A stretch of DNA of 64,000 nt from Octopus sinensis (GCF_006345805.1 NC_043007.1:12400001-12464000), one strand, 5' to 3'; shown: positions 11,506 to 24,054, counted from the first letter of the stretch. Notes: a model not told the origin generated them from the letters alone. Program-made: numbers and translations.

Positions 11506-11766
11506 TGAACTCAGAATGTAATGGCAGACGAAATACTTATTTTTTTACTACCCACAAGGGGCTAAACACTCAGGGGACAAACAAGGACAGACAAACGGAT
11601 TAAGTCGATTACATCGACCCCAGTGCGTAATTGGTACTTAATTTATCGACCCCAAAAGGATGAAAGGCAAAGTTGACCTCGGCGGAATTTGAACTCAGAA
11701 TGTAACGGCAGAATACGGCTATGCATTTCGCTTGGCATGCTAACGATTCTGCCAGCTCGCCGCCTT
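11506..11766 (-). mobile_element. Family C SINE
   Basis: Minus-strand head aaggcggcgagctggcagaatcgttagc, B-box gagttcaaattcc, alpha tail. Confidence 0.88.
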
Positions 11767-12029
11767 GAGTGTCTTGTACCTGAGAAATACAGGACTAAGA
11801 AGAGGGCTTGCTCCTGGATATGTGTCTCACAGGCCTATCAGTATACGGACTAATGTCATATGAACCCGTACCTCTTGCTTTTGGCAAGAAATATGCTCCT
11901 GTGTCTAAAGGTCAAGTTCAAGAGAGCAGGAGACTAGCTGAATAAACGGTAAATCAACCAGCAGAAGGCTATCTTTCCCCAAGAAAAATCACTAACCTTC
12001 AGACTATAGACTGGAAGTCTATGACCAAT

Positions 12030-12319
12030 AACACCATAAGACATGCCACATGAAGAAACATTTTTTCATGTTAAGAGTTGCTGAAGCATGGAACAAACTG
12101 CCGGCGTCAGTTGTTAGTTGTCGGAGCACTGCATCCTTCAAAACTTCCATGCTTCCTGAGATTCGCCAACACTACACCTGATTTTCTCCCCTCCATACAT
12201 ACGCAAGCATGTATCTGACTCATACACTGTTCACTCCCCAGACATTTATACATTACTGTGTATGCTTTATACACACTTTTGACAAGTTGTGGTGCACCTG
12301 AGCACTGTATACAATAATT

Positions 12320-12362
<43 letters not shown>
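12030..12362 (+). mobile_element. CR1-like LINE 3' end (ORF2 C-terminus, 3' UTR, (ATT)n tail)
   Basis: FFMLRVAEAWNKLPASVVSCRSTASFKTSM matches the CR1 FFSxRVxxxWNxLPxxVV...FK signature; stop at 12179-12181. Confidence 0.85.
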
Positions 12363-12365
<3 letters not shown>

Positions 12366-12769
12366 GAGAGATCTTGAGGGTATATCAGTCCAGGTCATGA
12401 GTGGCTTCCATTACCACCCATTACCTATTCTTACACAATCATGCTTCAAATAAACTACAAGCTCTTTATGAATATTAACTCTGAACTTCAGAGGTCGCGA
12501 AAAGGAAGTTGTTTTGAAGTCTAAGATAGATATTTCCTTGCATGCTAGTAATAGTGTTTCCACCCACCTCCGTATTCCTATATTCAGGGATGGTAGTGGG
12601 GTGGGGTGGGGTGGGGTGGGGGTGTACATCTTTTCCCATGACTATTACTAACTGGTACAGGTAATGCTTGAAATACTTTCTGGCAGCAGCGTGGCTGAGA
12701 TCACTAAAGTAAAAAAGAGAGCAAAGGAGTGATTATGTTTGTAAGTTCAGGGGCAAAAGCTTTGAAGTG

Positions 12770-12925
12770 TGTGTGTGTGCATGTGCATATATATATATAT
12801 ATATTATATATAGAGAGAGAGATAGATATAGATAGATAGATAGATGGATAGATATAGACAGACAGACAGACAGACAGATAGATATAGATAGATAGATAGA
12901 CAGATAGATAGATAGATATAGATAG

Positions 12926-12957
<32 letters not shown>

Positions 12958-12993
12958 AGATAGATAGATAAATAGATAGATATAGATAGATAG

Positions 12994-13042
<49 letters not shown>

Positions 13043-13109
13043 CATACATACATACATACACAAACACATGCACACACATGCACATGCACACACGCACACA
13101 CATGCACAT

Positions 13110-13147
<38 letters not shown>

Positions 13148-13180
13148 ACACACACACACACATACACACACACACACACA
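12770..13180. repeat. Compound (TG)/(TA)/(GATA)n/(CA)n microsatellite
   Basis: Direct inspection. Confidence 0.96.
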
Positions 13181-13272
13181 TGCGTAATTGCTCATGTCAT
13201 GTAGCCCCAGATCAGCCTTGATCGTCCAATAAAAACAGAATCACTTGTAAGAGAAAATTTCTTTCAGACTAT

Positions 13273-13304
<32 letters not shown>

Positions 13305-13544
13305 GATACAGGTAGAAGAGTATTTCTTTGAAAATATAGACTAAAGTTACAAATATAGGTGTGATGGTTTTACAGTAGGAAAACTACATTTTGTAATATG
13401 AGAACAAGTCAGCTGTGAGAATCTAAACAGAATCTAGAAATAAATGTTGTCGATTAATTTATTTACTTGTATATTTTCATTTCAAAATATACATACATTT
13501 TATTTTAGCCTCTGTCTAGTTGATGGTACTGCTCATGTTGTGTT

Positions 13545-13918
13545 ACTGTTTAAACGAAATCAAAAATCAATGGAAATTGTAGTTGTGATACCAGTGCCAG
13601 GGGCACGTGAAAGAACCAACCGAACGTGGCCGTTCCCAGCGCCACCTCGACTGGCCTCCGTGCCGGTGACTCGTAAAAAGCCCCAACTGATCGTGGCCAT
13701 TGCCAGCCTCGCCCGGTACCTGTGCCAGTGGCATGTAAAAAGCACCCACTACACTCACGGAGTGGTTGGCGTTACGAAGGGCATCCAGCTGTAGAAACAC
13801 TGCCAGATCAGACTGGAGCCTGGTACAGCCTCCCGGCTTCCCAGACCCCGGTCGAACCATCCAACCCATGCTAGCATGGAAAGCGGACGTTAAACGATGA
13901 TGATGATGATGATGATGA
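13545..13918 (+). mobile_element. Family A retroposon
   Basis: ...gaaagcggacgttaaacgatgatgatg tail. Confidence 0.88.
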
Positions 13919-15017
13919 ATGTCATTCTTAGACACAAACTACTTTCTGAAATAAATTATCGTTCTGTAAAAAAAATTGGAAATTAATTAAGTTTATGAAA
14001 ATGTGAACATTACTGACGTAGCAAATTACCTGTATACTGGGTGAGAAGGTAGGAAATATATGATTTAAATGAAGGTTTAAATACCTATTATATAAAATCT
14101 GATCTGTCTGTCTGTGTGTGTGTCTTCTAGGATCTCGGGCATCCTCCATCCGATTGCGCTCAAATTTGATATGTAGATGTCAAATCGTCCAACCCATGCT
14201 AGCATGGAAATGCGGACGTTAAACAATGATGATGATGATGATGTAAGAATGGATGCCTTGCATTCTGAGTTCAAATCTCTCCATGGACTGCTTGGGTGGT
14301 AGACTTAATCCATCACTTCCTGGCACCTTGAATATCTTTAGCTGAATCCACTTTGTTGGCAGCGTTTACGCTAGGTTCCCAGTTTGAGGATTCCTCCTCC
14401 CCTCCCTCCGTTCCTCCCTCCTTCCCCCTCCTCCTTCTCTCCCACCAGACTCAGGAGCCCTCCCTCCCTCTCGCCCACCAGTCTCAGGAGCTCTGAGTAC
14501 TACCTTTTTTTCTGTCATGGACCCTAGGATGCTGCGCACTGGGACTGAACCCAAAGCTACACGGTTGCAACATGAGCTTCTCACTCACGCAGCCATTCCT
14601 ACACTTATAAACAACAAACTACACAAAAACCCAAAATCTCACAACTCATACACAGAACGCAACATCCAACAAATTTCCTCATACAATAAATTTCTGGTCG
14701 GCAAAACTCTTGGAGATTCGTAGGGGCCTTTTCTTTATTTATTTTGTTGTTGCTGTTGACATTGGTATATGTAATGAGTACAGCTTCTTTAATATGCTAC
14801 CGACACATCTATCAAACGCTGTGATAGAAACGGCAACTTCCTTATTCTGACAGCTGTCGAAAATGTCTTTTACAGATGATGGTCTTGTGTTCCTGTTGCC
14901 ATATAATATATGTAGCAGACAGCCGCCGATACTGTCTATGTAAAATGCTATGTAAAACACAGTACATTGCTTGCATTGTGATAGAAGCTGTTGTTGGTAT
15001 TTCCAGTTAAGGTGCTT

Positions 15018-15126
15018 GTGAAGGCACATGGCCTAGTGGTTAGAGCAGCGGACTGGCGGTCGAGGGATCGCGGGTTCGAATCTCAGACTGGGTGATGTGT
15101 GTGTTTATGAGCGAAACACTTAAGCA
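15018..15126 (+). mobile_element. Family E SINE, head only
   Basis: ggcacatggcctagtggttagagcagcggac...gggttcgaatctc. Confidence 0.8.
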
Positions 15127-15222
15127 TTAAATGAATATGAGAAAGACGGATGAAGCACGATTTATTCATGATCAGAGTTGTTTGAAAACCAAGGTACCAC
15201 TGTATATCCAATGTCTTAAAAG

Positions 15223-15520
15223 TGGAGGCACATGGTCTAGTGACAGAGCAGCGGACTCACGGTTGAGGGATCGCGTGTTCGAATCTCAAACCAGGTGATG
15301 TGTGGGTTCATTAGCGAAACACCTAAGCTCCACGCGGCTCCGGCAGAAAGTAATGGCAAACTTCTGCTGACTCTTTCGCCACGACTTTCTCTCACTCTTT
15401 CCTCCTGCATCTTGCAGCTCACCTGCGACAGACTGGCGTCCCGTCCAGGTGGTGAACCTATACACCAAGGAAATCAGGAAACCGGCCCTTATGAGCCACG
15501 CATGGCTTGAGAAGGAACAA
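15223..15520 (+). mobile_element. Family E tRNA-derived SINE, full length
   Basis: tRNA-like head, tail ggaaaccggcccttatgagcc...gagaaggaacaa. Confidence 0.88.
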
Positions 15521-15884
15521 TCAAAAAGAAACAGTTATGGTGTTTACACATCCTGATGTCTGTCCTCCATTGCTTTAGCAACAGGTCAGCCCTGGCTGAG
15601 CAGACTAATAATCAAGGCTTTTCTAACCATGACCATCCCACCTTGGTCAAGTCCCAGTGCTTAAGTCTTGTACTTAGTTAATCAATCTCTATCAGTCTCT
15701 ATCAATCAATGCTGATATTTATCAATCAAATGGCTATGGCCACCAGGGTTATATTCCATCAGAAAATCACTTTCCTTTTATGGACTTAAATGTGATAAAA
15801 TATTTACACCACTATATACAAGCTCAGAGATACAAACACTAGTATACATACATAATATACACACGTGTGTGTGTGTGTGCATAT

Positions 15885-16228
15885 ATTCTTTTCTACTCTA
15901 GGCACAAAGCCCAGTCAATTAGATCAACCCTAGTACGCAACTGGTACTTAATTTTATCGACCCCGAAAAGATGAAAGGCAAAGTCAACCTTGGCGGAATT
16001 TGAACTCAGAACGTAAAGACAGATGAAATACCTATTTCTTTACTACCCACAAGGGGTTAAACACAGAGGAAACAAACAAGGACAGACAAACGGATTAAGT
16101 CGATTATATCGACCCCAGTGCGTAACTGGTACTTAATTTATCGACTCCGAAAGGCAAAGTCGACCTTGGCGGAATTTGAACTCAGAATGTAGCGGCAGAC
16201 GAAATACCTCTAAGCATTTCACCTGGCA
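15885..16228 (-). mobile_element. Family C SINE (alpha unit + beta unit)
   Basis: Two cores joined at gaaatacc|tatttc. Confidence 0.88.
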
Positions 16229-16779
16229 TGTGTGTGTGTATGTGTGTACATATATTGTTTGTGCTTGTGTAAACTGATGCCAACACCTTGTAACATATAA
16301 GTCCGTAAGAGGAAAGCGACTCTCTAAAGGGATATAACTCTGGTGGACTTATCCATTCGATTAAGTAAAATGGGTCAAAGACTATGTACTTAAATAGACA
16401 AAAGGCAGTGGCTTTAGTTGATTATATCAACCCTAGTATGTGGTCACCAAGCATAACTGCAATCCAATAACTGAAATCAATATAAGACAGCAAGCAGAAG
16501 AAACTTCTGATTACAAGACAAAGGGTTCCACAATAATACGTAACCAAATATTGACATGGAGTATATTTGAATGCTGAGTAAGTTCGGTAGCTACAAAAAT
16601 ATATTATAGTTGCACTGGAAATGTTGTTTTAGTACATATTGTTATTTTAACATGTGTACGTGTTGTGTTAAGATACGTACAGCAGGGATTCTGCACTATT
16701 TTCATCTAAACTAAATTTCATTCACGATGGGCCACAGCAATGGGTCTGTGTGTGTGTGTGGAGGAGGGGGGGGTAAGAA

Positions 16780-16985
16780 GTTTATTTCGCAATCATGTGG
16801 TTCCAGGTTCAATCCCACTTTGCGGCATTTGGGGCAAATATCTTGCGCTATAAGCCCAAGCTGAGCAAAACTTTGTGAGTGGAGTTGGTTCAGGGAAACT
16901 GAGAAAAGCCAGAGTCAAATCTCTGTATGAGTGTATCTTTGTGTGTATGTGTATATTGATGTATATGCATACATACACACACACA

Positions 16986-17059
<74 letters not shown>

Positions 17060-17370
17060 GACATTGCAGATGTGGCAGATGACAGTACCGCCTGATTGGC
17101 ACTCATGCCAGTGGAACGCTAAAAGCACCATCCGAGCATGATCGTTGCCAGTGCCACCTGACTGGCCCTCGTGCCGGTGGCATGTAAAAAGCACCCACTA
17201 CGCTCTCAGAGTGGTTGGCGTTAGGAAGGGCATCCAGCTGTAGAAACTTTGCCAGATCAGATTGGAGCCTGGTGCAGCATCCTGGCTCACCAGTCCTCAG
17301 TCAAACCGTCCAACCTATGCCACCATGGAAAGCAGATGTTAAACAATGACGATGATGATGATGATGATGA
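16780..17370 (+). mobile_element. B-type head + (CA)n + family A body/tail (possible chimera)
   Basis: ggtaagaag..ggttccaggttcaatcccac head, microsatellite, then A repeats and gttaaacaatgacgatg tail. Confidence 0.65.
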
Positions 17371-17496
17371 TACATACATTTATTATTCTTAAACAAGAAT
17401 GTTGTTGTCAGTGACCTCGAAGTTTCAACCAGCTAAGTCATTGTCGGACTGAGATGCATAACAGCTAGTCTTGCCTTTACGTAGCCTCTGTTGAAT

Positions 17497-17530
<34 letters not shown>

Positions 17531-17535
<5 letters not shown>

Positions 17536-17737
17536 ATCCAAACAAGAAAGCACAAAAAAACACAGCAACGCGAGGACGTGGAACAAATATAGTATTATTG
17601 GATGCTCAGGAAGGAAGGGAAGAGGGAGGGTTTAACGTTTTGAGCTGAGCTCTTCATTGGAAACAGGAGAAGGAAAGATCCAGAGTAGGGAAGACAGAGG
17701 AAAAAAATCGCCAACGGTACACACGCGGTCACATTTC
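17531..17737 (-). mobile_element. ~205-bp element between two (TA)n tracts, Penelope-pLTR-like
   Basis: Flanked by (ta)n on both sides; carries a hammerhead-like motif. Confidence 0.5.
17631..17663 (-). ncRNA. Decayed minimal type I hammerhead ribozyme-like motif
   Basis: Minus strand ttt-CCAATGA-a-GAGC-tca-GCTC-AAAAC-GTT-aaa; both core deviations are CpG-type G>A from CCGATGA and GAAAC. Confidence 0.45.
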
Positions 17738-17772
<35 letters not shown>

Positions 17773-18702
17773 TATATTTGTGTGTACATATGTATATGTG
17801 TGTGAATGTGTGTGTGTGAGTATTTCCTTGTCTTGACATCCCATGCTAATTGTAAAAAAAATGTCCCCATTTCACAAGCAGTGTTGTTTGCAATCTTCCG
17901 TGAAAACATGTCTGGCCATAGTGTTGTTTGTGCAAGAGAGTGAAGAAAATATTACCTTGTTTAGAAACAGCTGTTATGTGCATGCATTTGCGAATGCGTG
18001 TTACGTGTGTGTGTGTGTGCGCGCATCCATGTCCACATTCACACCTGTGTGCTTTAACTTAGCAATTCAACAAACAGCAGTCAATAAAATAAGGGGCAAA
18101 CTTTAAAATAACTACTGAGAACGATATGAGTAAACGAGTAAAAGAAACGAAAAATATAAAGAATAAGACCAAAAATATAAAAATGGCTCCAATATCAATT
18201 TGATAAGGATATCAATCTAAAGCTGGCATGAATTTTGGAAATTTCCTGTAAACTTGGAGTCAAAGATGATTTATAAATTTATAAATATTCATAAAGAAGG
18301 AGCTGAGGAGACCAATGATGTGTGACCGATTGCCAACAATACCAGTGAAGCAGAATTAACGATTGATTTTTCAAAAACGTATTATATAAAAATGGATCTT
18401 TTGTAGAGAGAGTAAGATTAATTTTTTGCAGTTTTATTTATTTATTTATTTATTTATTCCCCCCACCCCACCCGCCACTTTTCAACATGATAAAAACATA
18501 TGTAATTAATCAATAACTAAAAATGGATTTCTAAATACATTTTAGTAGTAACATTAATTTTAGTTACTGAAAATAATCTTTTATTGTATTGCAAAGCATT
18601 GCTTCGTTTCTTCACTATGTTATTGTTATCATTATTGTTCTTATTATTATTACTATTACTATTATTATTATTCCTATTATTATTAATATTTCTATTATTA
18701 TT

Positions 18703-19221
18703 GAGTGAGAGAGCTGTACATGCCATCAAAGTGACACTGGGGTAAAATATATGAAGCCCAGTATACCCATCATGACTACCTGTCTGATAAGGGTACACTA
18801 GGCAGATGCATCACAACCATGTGAGTGACATGGTGATCTCATATCAAGATAAATAGCACATGACCTTGCAGGTGGGGCCCAGTTAGAATTTTCTTCTGGT
18901 CGAATAACCCATCCTGCTCAAAAGGTTCCTGAATAAGGGTTGTTTAAGGATGTTGAACGGACCACCCATGTTTCCAAAGGTGAATTATCCAAACCTCTTA
19001 GAATTCTTCTCAACACATGGCTATGATGCTCCCCCACTACTTCTGCTCGTGATCAGAGATGCACATATCGTCAGCCACTAAGGGACATGGTCAACTGGTT
19101 ATGGTCAAACAACTGACAAGCAAATCTGTGGTATTGAGCAGAATATTTGCTGTAGCCCAACTTTTATACCAAGACATAACAATGTACAAGATAACACCTC
19201 CAATCAGTTAAGATCAGAAGT
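18703..19221 (-). mobile_element. Family H element inside (TAA)n
   Basis: Homologous to 22871-23427 and 62724-63243; (att)n on both sides. Confidence 0.9.
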
Positions 19222-19222
19222 G

Positions 19223-19263
<41 letters not shown>

Positions 19264-19281
19264 TACTACTACTACTATCAT

Positions 19282-19582
19282 TGGAGGCACATGGCCTAGT
19301 GGTTAGAGCAGCGGACTCGCAGTCGAGGGATCGCGGGTTCGAATCTCAGACCGAGTGATGTGTGTGTTTATGAGCAAAACACCTAAGCTCCACGCGGCTC
19401 CAAAAGAAAGTAATGGTGAACTTCTGACTCTTTCGCCACAACTTTCTCTCACTCTTTCCTCCTGCATCTTGCAGCTCACCTGCAACGGACCAGCGTCCTG
19501 TCCAGGTGGGGAACCTATACGCCAAGGAAACTGGGAAACCGGCCCTTATGAGCCCGGCGTGGGTCAAGAAGGAACAAACAAC
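19282..19582 (+). mobile_element. Family E SINE, full length
   Basis: As 15223-15520. Confidence 0.9.
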
Positions 19583-19587
19583 TACAA

Positions 19588-19631
<44 letters not shown>

Positions 19632-20319
19632 ACTGAGGTGGCAAAATGGCAGAACCATTGGCATGCCAGGCATGATGCTTAGCAGCATTTTGTTCATCTT
19701 CACATTCTGAGTTCAAATCCTGCTGAAGTCAGCTTTGCCTTTCACTCTTTTGGGATCGATTAAATAAATACCAGCTGAGTATTGGGGACCAATGTAATCA
19801 ACTTACCCCCAACGAACCCAGAACCATGTGGTTCGTAAGCAAGCTACTTTACCACACAGCCACTCCTACGCCTGTGTTTATATTTCAATAATAAAAATGT
19901 TCCTGCACTCATATTACATAACTTTATATACAAACAGGTAAATGAAGTTTATAACATGAATATAGTATTAGAGATCCACCCCGCCACCTTTTAACGAGAC
20001 GCATCTACAGAGAAAGGTTTCAGATATAACAGCTTACAGCCAGCAGACTCAGGAAATCAAGCAGGAAACAGATTCGCTAAACTTTTATCTTTTCATCATG
20101 AATTATTCATAGCCTGTAGCAAAGGCTCCCAAACTTTTCACTGCTTAAGACCCCTTTGATTTAAACGAATTTTCCCACAGACCCCAGATTTCTAAAAGGC
20201 TGTCTACTCATTAATTAGCTTTATTAATGAACAACAAACTCGTTTCCCCAGTTTTTTCTCCCCAAATGAAAGATTTATGAAAGTCAATAATTATTATAAG
20301 TCTCGCCTTACTAACACTT

Positions 20320-20540
20320 GTGCTGGTGGCACGTGAAACATTCGAGCAAGGTCGTCACCAGTGCTGTTGGACTGGCTCCTGTGCAGGTGGCACATAAAAA
20401 GCACCCTTTGGGCGTGGCCATTGCCAGTACCACCAAACTGGCCCTCATGCCGGTGGCACGTAAAAGCACACACTACACTCTTGGAGTGGTTGGCACTACG
20501 AAGGGCATCCAGCTGTAGAAACTATGCCAGATCAGATTGA
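20320..20540 (+). mobile_element. Family A retroposon, tail missing
   Basis: gtggcacgtaaaagcac...gaagggcatccagctgtagaaac. Confidence 0.75.
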
Positions 20541-20972
20541 CAAGAATATGGCCATCGTCTGTTAACATCTGAGTGTCTGTTTGGTCAAGTGTGCTTAAGT
20601 GTAAGCAGACCTTATCAAAGGGAGGAATCAAATTGCAAACAGAAGATTTACAGAGGGGGAAGAAGCTTTGACTGAGTTTCCTTCATCATCCAATAAGGTA
20701 GATGATGATGGCAGCGGCAGTGATGACGACAACGATCTGGATAGCAGAGAAGAAAGTGGTACTTCAACTAACTCTGGATGGTAAAAGTGCACCGATTTTT
20801 CCTCAGTTCATTGGACAACAGAAATATAGGAATCTTAAATGAATTTATGTTCAAATAATTTTTATTGCCATTTTGTCTGTAAGAGTTCAAATATCATTTT
20901 CATAGGTTTTGCTCTCATTTAAAGTGAAAATAAGTATAATTACCCTAAAAGAAAAAAGATATTTTGTAGTAT

Positions 20973-21390
20973 AAGGCAGCAAGCTGGCAGAAACGTTAGC
21001 ACACCGGGCGAAATGCTTAGCAGTATTTCATCTGCCGTTACGTTCTGAGTTCAAATTCCGCCGAGGTTGACTTTGCCTTTCATCCATTCGGGGTCAATAA
21101 ATTAAGTACCAGTTGCACACTGGGGTCGATATAATCGACTTAATTGGTTTGTCTGTCCTTGTTTGTCTCCTCTGTGTTTAGCCCCTTGTGGGTAGTAAAG
21201 AAATAGGTATTTCGTCTGCCACTACGTTCTGAGTTCAAATTCCACCGAGGTTGGCTTTGCCTTTCATCCTTTCGGGGTTGATAAATTAAGTTCCAGTTAC
21301 GCACTGGGGTCGATATAATCAACTTAATCTGTCTGTCTGTCCTTGTTTGTCTCCTCTGTGTTTAGCTCCTTGTGGGTAGTAAAGAAATAG
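20973..21390 (+). mobile_element. Family C SINE, head + two alpha units
   Basis: Junction aaagaaatag|gtatttcgtc at ~21206; TSD-like gaaaaaagatattttg on both sides. Confidence 0.9.
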
Positions 21391-22127
21391 AAAAAAAGAT
21401 ATTTTGGAGTTTTTTTGCACATTTGACACACACATTCATGCAAACATTTCCCACCCTTTTAAGGGTTAAAAGATGGAACTGTGTCCTCTCTGTAATGGAT
21501 GGAAAACAAGCCAATATAACAATCTAGGTTGGATATTTTGGATCATCCGACTTTAGTGCAATCTGTAAGAAATAATCAAAATAGATTGTGGTTGGAGCTT
21601 AAGTCAGCAGCAAAACTAGAAATTGAATTTTTCTACAAACGATCACAGATAAATATGTATATGTATATTATACACACACACATATCTGTGCTTCTGCCTT
21701 TGTATCATACAAATTCTTTGAGTACATTGCGTATACATAATCCCAAGAAGGATAAACGTTTTGCAGTAATACGATTTGAGATTTGGGCGAGTGGTGGTGG
21801 GGGGGGAGCTAAAAGCTAGCATAAGCTGTTGTTAATATCATAAGGAAGTGGATATGAAGTCAAATTTTCAAGAAGTGGCTTTAGATGTTCTGACGAGATA
21901 AAACTGTTTAGCATATCACAGCAAGGTAAGTTACGCTCTTATTCTGTATATTATATACTGCAATTGGTTAATAATAAGTAGTATATTTTATTTTATTTTT
22001 AAAGGTTTCCATTGTGACAATCACAAGTTCATTGTGTTTCTAGCATGGGTGACATGGGAGTGTCTGAAACTCAGTGTAGAACAAATACTACAAAGGACTT
22101 CACTCAGAGAGCTCCGGTTTTCGGTTA

Positions 22128-22476
22128 GGCGCAGGCATGGCTGTGCGGTAAGAAGCTTGCTTCCCAACCGCATGGTTCCAGGTTCAGTCCCACTGTGTGG
22201 CACACTAGGCAAGTGTCTTCTACTATAGCCTCGGGCTGACCAAAGCCTTGTGAGTGGATTTGGTAGATGGAAACTGAAAGAAGCCTGTCGTGTATGTGTG
22301 TGTGCGTGTGTTGATTACATCAACCCCAGTGCTTAACTGGTACTTATTTAATCAACCCCAAAAGGGTGAAAGGCAAAGTCGACCTCGGTGGAATTTGAAC
22401 TCAAAACGTGAAGACGGTCGAAATACCGCAAGGCATTTTGCCTGGCATGCGAACAATTCTGCCAGCTTGCTGCCTT
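22128..22476. mobile_element. Family B head (+, 22128-22295) abutting a family C fragment (-, 22310-22476)
   Basis: Characteristic B and C motifs. Confidence 0.8.
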
Positions 22477-22500
22477 AATAATAATACTACTAATAATAAC

Positions 22501-22531
<31 letters not shown>

Positions 22532-22532
<1 letters not shown>

Positions 22533-22823
22533 GGTATGACAAGGTATGCGATAAGGAAGAAAGAAAAGTCGATAGATATAGCAGGTTAGCTTGGGAGGTT
22601 AAGCAGTTGTCGAAGCCCTGGGAACAGTGAGTAAAAATCTTGAGAAGTACATGGAGTAAATAGGGGCTGCAATAAGGGTGGAGCACTTGCAGAAAACAGC
22701 ACTGCTTGGAACTGCTTGAATACTCCGGAAGGTGCTTGAAAAATAAGAGGTGTTACACTAGTTCACTGGTAGTGAACAGCTGACACCATAGTACATCCCC
22801 AGCGCTAGAAGCTGTGCAATGAC
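22532..22823 (+). mobile_element. RLE-type LINE 3' end (R4/Dong-like) inside (AAT)n
   Basis: KVCDKEERKVDRYSRLAWEVKQL...IGAAIRVEHLQKTALLGTA..RKVLEK*; (aat)n on both sides. Confidence 0.88.
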
Positions 22824-22870
<47 letters not shown>

Positions 22871-22872
<2 letters not shown>

Positions 22873-23427
22873 GCCCTGATGCAGTACCAGGCAGTGGCTC
22901 TCATGGCTTCTGATCTTAACTGATCAGAAGTATCAAATATGTAGAATGTTTTATCTTGGTATAAAAGATGGGCTACAGCAAATATTCTGCTCAATACCAC
23001 AGATTTGCTTCTCAGTTGTTTGACCTTAACTAGTTGAGAATGTCCCTTAGTGGCTGATGATATGTGCATCTCTGATCATGAGCAGAAGTAGTGGGGTAGC
23101 ATCATAGCCATGTGTTGAGAGGGATTCTTTGGGGTTTGAATAATTCACCTTTGGATCTATGGGTGGTTCATTCAACATCCTTAAACAACCCTTATTCAGG
23201 GACCTTTTGAGCGGGATGGGCTACTCGACCAGAAGAAAATTCTAACTGGGCCCCAACTGCAAGGCCATGCACTGTTTATCATGATATGAGATCACCATGT
23301 CGTGCACATATGGTTGTGATGCATGTGCCTAGTGTACCCTAATCGGACGGGTAGTCATGATGGGTATACTGGGCTTCATATATTTTAACCCAGTGTCACT
23401 TTGATGGCATGCATAGCTCTCTCACTC
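22871..23427 (+). mobile_element. Family H element, longest copy
   Basis: atgccctgatgcagtaccagg...ctctctcactc(aat)n. Confidence 0.9.
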
Positions 23428-23527
23428 AATAATAATAATAATAATAATAATAATGAAAGGAAAGGGGTGGAGCCTCATGGGCTGATTAATAATGATACAT
23501 CTAGTGATGGTGTCACAATAAAAACAC

Positions 23528-23584
<57 letters not shown>

Positions 23585-23804
23585 CAACATGAGGTAACAG
23601 GTTTGAGAAGCAGTAGAGAATTGTTTTACAAGCATGTTTGTTTAGCAAGAATTGATGCTTGATAAGGAGTTGGCATTGTGGAAGTTGGTATTGATATCAA
23701 TCTAATTATTAAAACATCACTCTCCTGAATGTTAAACTTTTCCTCTTCCTTATTATACATGTATATATATTATACATGTATATATATATACATGTATAAT
23801 AAGG

Positions 23805-23925
23805 AGCCTCGTGGAGCTTTAGGTGTTTTTGCTCAATAAACACTCACAATGCCCGGTCTGGGAATTGAAACCATGATCCTATGACCGTGAGTCCACTGCC
23901 CTACCCACTGGGCCATTGCACGTCC
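23805..23925 (-). mobile_element. Family D SINE 5' part
   Basis: ggagcctcgtggagctttaggtg...ccactgggccattgc. Confidence 0.8.
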
Positions 23926-24054
23926 ACATACATAAACACATATGTAGTCACAACATTTTAGCCAATGCATCCTCCAGTGTTCTTAAAATATTCATCATGT
24001 TCAGTTAATATTCTTGGAATTTGGAACCAAACTCTTTATGGTCAAATATGACAG

